NCBI GenBank assembly: GCA_902779035.1 | Contig: CACZAH010000007.1 | Span: forward strand, 1,184-65,183 | Reading direction: 5' to 3' | DNA length: 64,000 nt | Source: an uncultured Erysipelotrichaceae bacterium | Lineage (GTDB): Bacteria; Bacillota_I; Bacilli_A; RF39; UBA660 | Shown: piece by piece, positions 31,762-40,581 of the stretch | How positions within the stretch are numbered: position 1 is the first letter of the stretch | Layout of the letters: every line of letters begins with the position of its first letter | Notes under the pieces: model-generated | What the model was told of the DNA's origin: nothing | The model's database searches: none | The model's input: the letters and a program-made list of their open reading frames with translations, nothing else | Program-made: the position numbers and the translations under genes

Positions 31762-32957
31762 TGATTAAATATGATTTTAAGACATTTATAAATATTAATG
31801 GTATTGATAAGTATAATAGTATTTGTAATAAAATTAAGAATAAGTTTGATGAATGTAAAGATGGAGAAATATTTACTGATATAGATAAATGTACTCCTAG
31901 TAATGTGATTGAAAAGATTAAGAAGGTTAGTAGGTATATTAGAGCTAATGCTGATGTTTTCTTAGTAATTGGTGTGGGTGGATCTTATCATGGATCTAAA
32001 GCAATAATAGATATGTTTACTAATAAATATAAAAAAGATATCGAAATTATATACACTGGTTATAGTTTAAATAGTAGTAACTTAAGTGAGTTGCTTAATT
32101 ATATTAAAGATAAGAGAGTTATTGTTAATGTGATTAGTAAGAGTGGGAATACTATGGAGATTAATTTAGTGTTTTCTAAAGTATTAGAATTAATGAAAAG
32201 TAAATATAATGAGAAAGAACTTAGAAAAAGGATTATTATAACTACTAATAAAAGTAGTGGTAAATTACTTGGAATTGCTAAAAAGAATAATTATATGAAG
32301 TTTTATATACCTGATATAAGTGGTAGATATTCTGTAATGACTCCAGTAGGTTTACTTCCTATTAGTGTAGCTGGAGTTGATATTGATAGATTAATTAGTG
32401 GTTATAAAGAGGGAGTTAGTATAGATAAGTGCTTTATGTATGCAGTAATTAGAGATATACTCTATAAGGGTGGTAAAAAGATTGAAGCATTTACTGTGTA
32501 TGATGAGAGATTATTATCTTTTAATGACTGGTTAAAACAGCTATTTGCTGAAACTCAGGGTAAGAAAGGAAAAGGAATACTACCTATTAGTGTATTTAAT
32601 ACAAGAGACATGCATTCTTTAGGGCAGTATTTTGCTGAAGGAGAACAAATATATTTCTCGACTGTAATTAATATAGTAAATAATAAAGATATAAAATTAA
32701 AAGATAGGTCACTTAATAAGATTAATAATATATCAATGCTTAGTATAGCTAAATCATATAGTAGTCCTAGTATAATTATTAATATTGATAAATTAAATGA
32801 AGAAAATATTGGGGAGTTATTATATTTCTTTATGGTGAGTAGTTCTATTGGAGGTTATTTATTAGGAGTTAATCCTTATAATCAAGCGGGAGTTAGTAAC
32901 TATAAAAGAATAATAAAGGAGAGTTTAAATGGTAAATATAAAGAAAAGTTTATTTAA
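31761..32957 (+). CDS. pgi: Glucose-6-phosphate isomerase (short, divergent Firmicutes type)
   Basis: VIGVGGSYHGSKA, ISKSGNTMEI, SGRYSVMTPVGLLPISVAG, LFAETQGKKGKG and DMHSLGQY correspond to the conserved PGI motifs. At 398 aa it is shorter than usual. Confidence 0.78.
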   Translation: MIKYDFKTFININGIDKYNSICNKIKNKFDECKDGEIFTDIDKCTPSNVIEKIKKVSRYIRANADVFLVIGVGGSYHGSKAIIDMFTNKYKKDIEIIYTGYSLNSSNLSELLNYIKDKRVIVNVISKSGNTMEINLVFSKVLELMKSKYNEKELRKRIIITTNKSSGKLLGIAKKNNYMKFYIPDISGRYSVMTPVGLLPISVAGVDIDRLISGYKEGVSIDKCFMYAVIRDILYKGGKKIEAFTVYDERLLSFNDWLKQLFAETQGKKGKGILPISVFNTRDMHSLGQYFAEGEQIYFSTVINIVNNKDIKLKDRSLNKINNISMLSIAKSYSSPSIIINIDKLNEENIGELLYFFMVSSSIGGYLLGVNPYNQAGVSNYKRIIKESLNGKYKEKFI

Positions 32958-34287
32958 AGAATATGACCTAAGAGGAATAGTTGGTGATGAAATAACTGGA
33001 GATGTTAGTTATAAAATAGGTCTAGGATATGGCTCTTATGTACAGTTAAAGGGATATACTAGAGTAGTAGTAGGTTTTGATAATAGATTATCTAGTAAGT
33101 ATTTAACTGATAAATTAATTAGTGGATTATTAGATAGTGGTATTAATGTTATTAATATTGGGTTAGTTACTACTCCTATGTTATATTACGCTAAATATAA
33201 GTTAGGTATTGATACTGGTATTATGGTTACTGCTAGTCATAATCCAAAGGAATATAATGGATATAAAGTTTCATTTGACAATATTGGTAATGCTTATGGC
33301 GAAAAGATTAGAGATTTAAGGGATTATATAAAGCGAGAAGATTTCTTAAGTGGTAGTGGTATACTTACTGAATATGATATTAAAGAGGATTATTTAAAAG
33401 AAATTAAGAAAAGTATAGATATTAAAAGAAGATTAAAAGTAGTAGTAGACTGTGGTAATGGTACTGCAAGTGTGATTGTTAAAGATGTGTTTAAGATGTT
33501 TGATATAGATTGTGAGTATCTATATTGCGAATCAGATGGTAATTTTCCTAATCATCATCCAGACCCTAGCAAAGAAGAGAACATGGAAGCATTAAAGAAA
33601 AAAGTATTTGAATTAGGATATGATTTAGGTGTTGCTTATGATGGTGATGCAGATAGAGTAGGTTTTGTCGATAATTTAGGTGATTATTATAGTTGTGATT
33701 ATTATCTAGCTTTAATGAGTACTTACATGAAAGATAAATTAGATAGATTATTATTTGATGTAAAGTGTTCAAAAATGTTAATAGATGCTTGCAACGATAA
33801 TAATATTAAGCCTTGTATTTATAAAACAGGTGCCTCTTATACTAATAAAGAGATGAAAGAAGGAGACTATTTACTAGGTGGAGAATACTCTGGTCATGTA
33901 TTCTTTAGAGATAAGTGGGTAGGCTTTGATGATGGAATATATGCATCTTTAAGACTTATTGAAATGCTATCCAATACTGATAAAAAACTAAGTGAAATAT
34001 TGTCTAGATTTAATCATTATGAAAATGAATATGTAGAGTATCCGATTGATATTAATATGAAAGATAAAATAGTAAATAGAGTTTTAGATTATGCAAAAGA
34101 GATGGAATATGATTATTTAGATATAGATGGAGTTAGAATAGAGTTTGATGATGGATTTGCTTTAATTAGAGGTAGTAATACACAGCCTATATTAACACTT
34201 AGATTTGAAGCAAATACTAAAGTTAGATTAAACGAAATAAAGATGGAATTTATGAATTTGATTGATTCTATTGTAGGTAATATCTAG
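32929..34287 (+). CDS. Phosphomannomutase/phosphoglucomutase family protein
   Basis: Active-site loop TASHNPKEYNGYK, metal loop AYDGDADRVG and sugar loop GGEYSGH; 452 aa. Confidence 0.85.
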   Translation: MVNIKKSLFKEYDLRGIVGDEITGDVSYKIGLGYGSYVQLKGYTRVVVGFDNRLSSKYLTDKLISGLLDSGINVINIGLVTTPMLYYAKYKLGIDTGIMVTASHNPKEYNGYKVSFDNIGNAYGEKIRDLRDYIKREDFLSGSGILTEYDIKEDYLKEIKKSIDIKRRLKVVVDCGNGTASVIVKDVFKMFDIDCEYLYCESDGNFPNHHPDPSKEENMEALKKKVFELGYDLGVAYDGDADRVGFVDNLGDYYSCDYYLALMSTYMKDKLDRLLFDVKCSKMLIDACNDNNIKPCIYKTGASYTNKEMKEGDYLLGGEYSGHVFFRDKWVGFDDGIYASLRLIEMLSNTDKKLSEILSRFNHYENEYVEYPIDINMKDKIVNRVLDYAKEMEYDYLDIDGVRIEFDDGFALIRGSNTQPILTLRFEANTKVRLNEIKMEFMNLIDSIVGNI

Positions 34288-34393
34288 TCTTTACACTTTG
34301 TATACATGGTTATTTAATAAATATAATAGAATTATGAAATTTTAATTGAATTTTATAATAATTAATGATAGTATGAAAGCATAGGAGGATGTT

Positions 34394-34921
34394 ATGAAGA
34401 AAAAACATGTAGGAAGACCAAGTAATAAGGAACTTAGAGAGAAAAAAAATAAATTAATATTAACAGTTGCAATATCAGTAGTATTTGTTCTATTGGTAGT
34501 TGGTGTATTTGAAACAGGCAGTATATCTATTTTAATGGGTGATTCAGTAACGGGTTATTCTTGCGAAGATGGATATCAGTTAAAAGGAGATAAGTGCACA
34601 AAAACAGTAAGAGAAAGAGCCTATAAAATAGGTGATGTAAGTAAGGATAAAAGACTTAATGTTAGTGATTTTGAAATGATCCAAAGATATTTAGCCGAAT
34701 ATATTAATCTTGATGATTATCAAATACTTCTTGCAGATGTTAATAAGGATGGTGTTGCTAATATGATAGATGCTACACTTCTTCAAAAGTATTTATCAGG
34801 TATGACAAGTGGTTCCATGTCTAGCGAACAATATATTGGTGAACCGATATGTCCAAATGGATATAGACTAAATGGTGCGTATTGCTATATGGATATAACT
34901 ATTGATGCAATGCGTGAATAA
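34394..34921 (+). CDS. Membrane-anchored protein with a dockerin-like double EF-hand flanked by CxxGYxLxGxxC motifs
   Basis: N-terminal TM helix. Two Ca-loop-like segments, DVSKDKRLNVSDFEMIQRYL and DVNKDGVANMIDATLLQKYL, are bracketed by CEDGYQLKGDKC and CPNGYRLNGAYC. Confidence 0.55.
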   Translation: MKKKHVGRPSNKELREKKNKLILTVAISVVFVLLVVGVFETGSISILMGDSVTGYSCEDGYQLKGDKCTKTVRERAYKIGDVSKDKRLNVSDFEMIQRYLAEYINLDDYQILLADVNKDGVANMIDATLLQKYLSGMTSGSMSSEQYIGEPICPNGYRLNGAYCYMDITIDAMRE

Positions 34922-34939
34922 ATGAAATTTATGATATTT

Positions 34940-34965
34940 AAACTAAGATTAATTCTTAGTTTTTA
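34940..34965 (+). terminator. Intrinsic terminator
   Basis: Stem AAACTAAGA / TCTTAGTTT, loop TTAAT, then T-run. Confidence 0.6.
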
Positions 34966-35015
34966 ACTATATTGATAAATAACTAATTAAAATATATAAT
35001 TATGTTGGAGGTTGT

Positions 35016-36008
35016 ATGAAAAGATTAAAAGATTATATTAAAGCAAATTATAAATGGATAGTATTATTATTTATGTCTATTATATTTATTGTGTTTGCAA
35101 TCCGTGTTAAGAAGAGTCCAGCACTTAGAATTGATGATGATATATATAATTTTATCCATGGATTTACAAGTGATGGTTTAACTAGTTATTTTAAATTAAT
35201 ATCGAATATGATTAGTGGACCAGTGATTGCTATTATAGTAATAATATCTATAATTATTAGTTATGTAAAAAAGAATTATAAATATATACCATTTATTATA
35301 GGAAATATAATTATAATATTAATTCTTAATGTGATTCTTAAACATATCTATACACGTCCTAGACCTGAATTTATGCTTATAGATGAGTATGGTTATTCAT
35401 TCCCTTCAGGTCATGCAATGGTATCTATGGCATTTTATGGCTTATATATTTATATATTATTTCATTTAAATATAAAAAAACATATTAAGTATTTATTATC
35501 AGGGTGTTTATTTTTACTTATTGCAATGGTAGGTCTTAGTAGAATTTATTTACATGTACATTACTTTAGTGATGTAATAGCTGGTTTTGCTGTATCAGTA
35601 ATATATTTAGTATTCTTCACTAAATTTATGAAGGTCATTACGGGTGATGGACTAAAAAAAGAGTCTATGGTAAATAGTTTCTATTATGCATTTAGTGGTA
35701 TTAAATTAGGGTTTAAGCAAGAAAGAAATATGCAAGTTCATTTTTTTATCATGACATTTGTAATTATATTTGGAATATTACTTAAAATAAGTCTTACTGA
35801 ATGGATGATATGCTTAATATTATTTGGGCTTGTTATATCGCTTGAATATGTAAATACAGCAATAGAAAGTACTGTAGATGTTGCAACTACTAAGTATCAT
35901 CCTAAAGCTAAAATAGCTAAAGATACATCTGCTGCCGCTGTACTTATTGGAGCTATTATATCAGTAATAGTAGGCTTAATGATATTTATTCCAAAAATAT
36001 TTTTCTAA
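35016..36008 (+). CDS. Fusion protein: PAP2 phosphatase (undecaprenyl-diphosphatase-like) + DgkA-type diacylglycerol/undecaprenol kinase
   Basis: PAP2 motifs KHIYTRPRP, PSGH and SRIYLHVHYFSDV in the N-terminal half. The C-terminal half carries DgkA signatures (FYYAFSGIKLGFKQERN, SLEYVNTAIESTVD, AKDTSAAAV). Confidence 0.8.
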   Translation: MKRLKDYIKANYKWIVLLFMSIIFIVFAIRVKKSPALRIDDDIYNFIHGFTSDGLTSYFKLISNMISGPVIAIIVIISIIISYVKKNYKYIPFIIGNIIIILILNVILKHIYTRPRPEFMLIDEYGYSFPSGHAMVSMAFYGLYIYILFHLNIKKHIKYLLSGCLFLLIAMVGLSRIYLHVHYFSDVIAGFAVSVIYLVFFTKFMKVITGDGLKKESMVNSFYYAFSGIKLGFKQERNMQVHFFIMTFVIIFGILLKISLTEWMICLILFGLVISLEYVNTAIESTVDVATTKYHPKAKIAKDTSAAAVLIGAIISVIVGLMIFIPKIFF

Positions 36009-36114
36009 TATAATAGGAAATTAATACTTTATAGTAAAAAACACTTGACGTGCGTATCTATGTATGGTAACATAATATTCATCAACAGGGATGGTGGTTA
36101 TGATGGATAAGATT

Positions 36115-37148
36115 ATGAAAGCATATGTTTTTAGAATGTATCCAAATGAATCTCAAGTAAATTTGATAGAGAAAAGTTTTGGATGTAGTAGATTCATTTA
36201 TAATCACTTCTTAGGATTAAATGATAAGTATATTAATAAATATGATTATATTAAACAATTACCTTTATTATCTAAAAATAATATTTGGTTAAAAGAAGTA
36301 GATAGTTGTTTACTTAGATGTAGTATATTTGATTTAGAAGATGCTTATAAAAGATACAATACTAATTTAGGTCGTAAACCTAAATTTAAATCAAAAATCA
36401 AATCAAGACAATCATATCGAACTAATAACATTAGAAGTTCTTATAAAGGAAAAGACTATAATACTATCGAAATAGATTTAGAGAATAGATTAATAAAATT
36501 AGTGTATGTTTAGAGGAATTTGTTTTTATACCTAAGGTAACTCCAACTAAAATAGTAGGTATTGATCTAGGATTAAAAGATTTAGTAATAACAAGTAACG
36601 GTGAATACTTTGGAAATCAAAAATATATTAAAAAGTATGAAAAGAAAATAAAAGGATTAAATAGATGGCTTGCAAGAGCAAAAGCAGGTAGTAAAAATAG
36701 ATATAAGATAAAGAAAAAACTTCAAACAGTATATAGAAAACTAAAAACTTCGAGAAAATATCTATTACATAGTATTAGTAAAGAACTTACAGATAATAAT
36801 GATATTATTGTGAGTGAGAGTTTAAAAGTAAAAAATATGGTACAAAATAGACATTTATCAAAATCAATTATGGATGCATCATGGAGCGAACTAATAAGGC
36901 AACTTAAATATAAATGTTCTTGGAAGAATAAGCGTTTCTATCAAGTGGACACATATTATCCAAGTAGTCAAATATGTTCGAGATGTGGATATAAAGAGTC
37001 TAGGGTAAAGGATTTAAGTGTGAGAGTTTGGGAATGTCCTAATTGTACTAATATGAATAATAGAGATTTAAATGCAAGTATAAATATAATGTTTGAGGGA
37101 GTAAAAATATATATGGAAAGGGAGTTAGCAGAACTTCAAGTAAACTAA
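36115..37148 (+). pseudogene. tnpB: IS200/IS605-family TnpB (IS1341-type RNA-guided nuclease), frameshifted or internally deleted
   Basis: N-terminus MKAYVFRMYPNESQVNLIEKSFGCSRFIYNH. Frame 1 stops at 36511, and the protein continues in frame 3 from 36513 (EEFVFIPKV..IVGIDLGLKDLV, RuvC-I) through SSQICSRCGYK...WECPNCTNMNNRDLNASINI (Zn ribbon + RuvC-III). No tnpA is adjacent. Confidence 0.8.
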
Positions 37149-37295
37149 ATTTTGACAAAGAAAAATTGTAGGGTAGCGACTATCCGATATTGGTCTATGG
37201 AGAATCAAAAGATTTGTTGAAGTAGAAAATACTTACCGTGAGGTAAGCAGTAGTCAAAATTTACTTTGACTTTATGTTCTTTCACGAGAGTTACA
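37149..37295 (+). ncRNA. Candidate omega-RNA / right-end scaffold of the TnpB element
   Basis: A structured non-coding flank lies directly after tnpB, with hairpins CTTACC-GTGA-GGTAAG (37232-37247) and AGTCAAA-N6-TTTGACT (37252-37271). The position fits TnpB guide-RNA biology. The boundary is not determinable by eye. Confidence 0.3.
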
Positions 37296-37329
37296 CAAAA
37301 ATATTATATTATTTATTATGAGGTGGCGT

Positions 37330-37995
37330 ATGAAAGTATTAATAGTAGATGATGAAGCAGGAATTAGAGATGTTATTAAAGAATATTGTTTATTTGAAAA
37401 TTTTGGTGTATTAGAAGCAGACGATGGTGCAAGTGCTTTAAATACTATTAAGAATAATCATGATATAGATATTATTGTTCTTGATATAATGATGCCTAAG
37501 ATGGATGGTTATACAACACTTAAAGAGTTAAGGAAAATATCAACTACCCCTGTAATTATGTTATCTGCTCGTAGTGAAGAGTATAATAAGTTACTTAGTT
37601 TTGAATTAGGCGTAGATGATTATGTTACTAAACCATTTAGTCCTAAGGAATTAATTGCTCGTATTAAAGCAGTGGTATCTCGGGGCAATAATACTAACAC
37701 TGATAAATATGTATATAAAACATTAGAAATAGATTATCTAGGACATAAAGTAACAGTTGATTCTAATGAGATTAAATTAACTCCTAAAGAATATGAACTG
37801 CTAGTATTATTTGTCCAGAATAAATCAATTGCTTTATCAAGAGAAACACTCCTAAGTAAAGTTTGGGGATATGATTTCTTTGGTGATGATAGAACAATAG
37901 ATACACATATTAAAATGCTTAGAAATAACTTAGGTGAGTACCGTGATTTAATAAAGACTGTAAGGGGATTAGGATACAAATATGAAGAAGAATAG
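37330..37995 (+). CDS. OmpR-family response regulator
   Basis: Receiver domain (KVLIVDDE...DIIVLDIMMPKMDG...KPF) plus a winged-helix output (LTPKEYELL...RTIDTHIKMLR...VRGLGYK). Confidence 0.9.
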   Translation: MKVLIVDDEAGIRDVIKEYCLFENFGVLEADDGASALNTIKNNHDIDIIVLDIMMPKMDGYTTLKELRKISTTPVIMLSARSEEYNKLLSFELGVDDYVTKPFSPKELIARIKAVVSRGNNTNTDKYVYKTLEIDYLGHKVTVDSNEIKLTPKEYELLVLFVQNKSIALSRETLLSKVWGYDFFGDDRTIDTHIKMLRNNLGEYRDLIKTVRGLGYKYEEE

Positions 37996-39358
37996 TTTTA
38001 AGTTTTATTTATTTTTATCTCTTATAGTTTTTTCTTTTTTAATTTTATTTATATTCTGGTTTTTTCAAATAACATTTCTAAATGGGTATTACAAGTATTT
38101 TAAGAAAAACGATATGATAGCTACTTCAAAAGAGGTTATTAATAGTTATAAAAGTAATAATAATTATAATGAACTTAATATGATTGCATATAAGAACAAT
38201 ATATGTATTGAAATTATTGGGGATAGTGGCATTGTATATGCATCAGGAGCAAGTAACAGTTGTATACTTCTAGATAGTAAAGGAATAAAAAAGAATAAAG
38301 CTAAGTTTATTAGTAGTAATGAGAAAACTATTAGTTTTACTGCATATAATTATAGCTATAATGATGAATTATTAATATATGGTGAAAAACTAAGTGATGG
38401 TAGTATTATATTTATATCTACGCCGCTTAGAATAATGGGATCTATTTTAAATATTATCCAAAAAGAATTTATATATTGTTCAGTAGTTATAATAATAGTC
38501 TCATTAATTGCTGCATATTTTCTATCCCGTAAGTTTTCAAGTCCCATCACACGTATTACAGAAGAAAGTAAAAAGTTATCAAGGGGAAACTATGATGTTA
38601 AATTTAAAGAATCTACAATTGAGGAAATTAGTGAGTTGGCTGATACTCTTAATAATACTGCATTAGAACTATCTAAGACAGATAATTTAAGAAGAGAATT
38701 GTTAGCTAATGTATCACATGATTTAAAAACACCACTTACGCTTATTAAGGCAAATGCTGAGATGGTAAAAGATTTAACTTATGCAAATGAAGAAAAACGT
38801 AATAAGAATCTTGATGTTATTATTAAAGAGACTGATAGACTTAATATGCTTGTTGAAGATATATTAGATCTATCACGTGCTCAGTCTAAAACAATGAAGT
38901 TAGAACTAAAAAGACTTAACTTAAATGAACTTATAGAGTCTATTCTTACACGTTATGAAGTGTTAAAAGAAAAAAGTGGGTATAAGATAGTGTTTAACAG
39001 AGATAATGAATATGTAGTTAAAGCAGATAGAAAAAGGTTAGAACAAGTAATATATAATTTAATTAATAATGCAGTTAATTATACGGGTAAAGATAAGCAA
39101 GTTACAGTTAATTTAAAAGATAAAAAGAACACTATTATCTTTGAAGTAATTGATACAGGTAAAGGAATAAAGAAAGAGGATATTGATTATATTTGGGATA
39201 AATATTATAAATCTGATAAGTCTTATCACCGTGTTACGGTGGGAACTGGACTGGGACTATCTATAGTTAAAAATATACTTGAGATGCATAACTTTAAATA
39301 TGGAGTTGAAACAAGTAAGAAAGGAACAAAGTTCTATTTTGAAATACCAAAGAAGTAG
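37982..39358 (+). CDS. Sensor histidine kinase
   Basis: Two TM segments, H-box VSHDLKTPLT, N-box NLINNAVNY and G-boxes IDTGKGI / GTGLGLSIVK. Overlaps the regulator gene. Confidence 0.9.
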   Translation: MKKNSFKFYLFLSLIVFSFLILFIFWFFQITFLNGYYKYFKKNDMIATSKEVINSYKSNNNYNELNMIAYKNNICIEIIGDSGIVYASGASNSCILLDSKGIKKNKAKFISSNEKTISFTAYNYSYNDELLIYGEKLSDGSIIFISTPLRIMGSILNIIQKEFIYCSVVIIIVSLIAAYFLSRKFSSPITRITEESKKLSRGNYDVKFKESTIEEISELADTLNNTALELSKTDNLRRELLANVSHDLKTPLTLIKANAEMVKDLTYANEEKRNKNLDVIIKETDRLNMLVEDILDLSRAQSKTMKLELKRLNLNELIESILTRYEVLKEKSGYKIVFNRDNEYVVKADRKRLEQVIYNLINNAVNYTGKDKQVTVNLKDKKNTIIFEVIDTGKGIKKEDIDYIWDKYYKSDKSYHRVTVGTGLGLSIVKNILEMHNFKYGVETSKKGTKFYFEIPKK

Positions 39359-39373
39359 GTATTATTACTGATT

Positions 39374-39407
39374 AATCAAGAAATTTTATGTTTTCTTGAT
39401 TTTTTTG
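39374..39407 (+). terminator. Intrinsic terminator after the two-component operon
   Basis: Stem AATCAAGAAA / TTTCTTGATT followed by TTTTTT. Confidence 0.65.
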
Positions 39408-39467
39408 TCAAAAAAAAAGGAAATTTGAAAGTTTTAACTAATAATATATATAGGAGGGATAAGAGAG
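39377..39467 (+). repeat. Copy 2 of the ~90-nt conserved Rpn-gene leader
   Basis: Near-identical to 5084..5174; includes an A8-10 homopolymer whose length differs between the two copies. Confidence 0.75.
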
Positions 39468-39491
39468 CCCTATATATATGGAGGTATAAAT

Positions 39492-40526
39492 ATGCAACAA
39501 AATAGTAGTAATTCAAAAGTAATAAAAAGAAAAAAAGTTAGTGTATATACTAGAAAACTTAAAGATGGTGAAGTTGTGCCAATGGTGGTTGATAGAGCAT
39601 TTAAAAGAGTGTTTGCTGATGAAAACCATCTTGAACGACTTAATTTGCTTTTGGGAGTAGTTCTTAATAAGAAGGTTAATGTTATTAGAATTCTTAATAA
39701 TGAATTAATTGGACGCTCTAGAAAAACGAGAAAACGAGCAGTTGATTTAGTGTGTGAAGTAGAGGATTATGGCTTATGTAATATTGAGATTAATTCAGCA
39801 CTTAAGTGGTCGCGGGAAAGAAACTTTGGATATCTCTGTCGAGTGATTGGTGAAGATGATTATCTTGATGTTTCTGAAGATGAAGCAGATGATGAAGAAT
39901 ATACAATTTATATTGATGAAGCAGGTGATGAGGATGATGAAGGATTTGAGAATGCCATTCAAATAAATTTTAATATAACTGATACTAATAACAAGCATTA
40001 TGTAAAAATAGGCGTATTTGACGAAGATGATTTAAACTTTAGGTATACTGAACGGCTAAAAATAATCAATATTAATGTAGATTATTATAAAAAACTATGT
40101 TATACTAAAGATGAAAACGAATTATCATTATTCGAGCGTGTTGTAGGAGCGCTTGGAATTGATAATCTTGATGCTTTATATAAGATAGCAGGTAATGATT
40201 CTGTATTAAAGGAGATTGGTGATGCTGTGAAAAAGTATAGAAATGATGATAATATAGTTTATATGTATGATGCTGAAAAAGCAATGAAAAGAGCGTATAT
40301 GTATGATTTGCGTTATGAAGTTAAAGAGGCTGTAAAAAAAGCTGAAGAACAAATAACTAAGGATGTCACTGATAGAGTAACAAAAGAAGTAACAAAAGAA
40401 GTAACAAAAGAAGTAACAAAAAAAACTACATTAGAATTAGCTAAACGACTTAAAGAATCTGGTGTATCAGTTGATATTATTAAAAATACAACAGGATTAT
40501 CACAAGAACAGATTAATAAACTATAA
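39492..40526 (+). CDS. Rpn-family recombination-promoting nuclease / PD-(D/E)XK putative transposase (transposase_31-like)
   Basis: N-terminal FKRVFADENHLERLNLLLGVVL...RAVDLVCEVEDYGLCNIEIN is consistent with the D..(D/E)xK core of the YhgA/Rpn family. It also has an acidic insert, (VTKE)n repeats and a C-terminal tail shared with the 5518..5664 remnant. Confidence 0.65.
   Translation: MQQNSSNSKVIKRKKVSVYTRKLKDGEVVPMVVDRAFKRVFADENHLERLNLLLGVVLNKKVNVIRILNNELIGRSRKTRKRAVDLVCEVEDYGLCNIEINSALKWSRERNFGYLCRVIGEDDYLDVSEDEADDEEYTIYIDEAGDEDDEGFENAIQINFNITDTNNKHYVKIGVFDEDDLNFRYTERLKIININVDYYKKLCYTKDENELSLFERVVGALGIDNLDALYKIAGNDSVLKEIGDAVKKYRNDDNIVYMYDAEKAMKRAYMYDLRYEVKEAVKKAEEQITKDVTDRVTKEVTKEVTKEVTKKTTLELAKRLKESGVSVDIIKNTTGLSQEQINKL
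40365..40424 (+). repeat. 12-bp tandem repeat (GTAACAAAAGAA)x3, plus one degenerate unit on each side
   Basis: gtcactgataga / gtaacaaaagaa x3 / gtaacaaaaaaa, encoding VTDR-VTKE-VTKE-VTKE-VTKK within the Rpn-like ORF. Confidence 0.85.
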
Positions 40527-40581
40527 ATAGAGTTGTATAAAATTAGATTTTTTTGTGTTATAATGGTTGTATGGTGATAAA

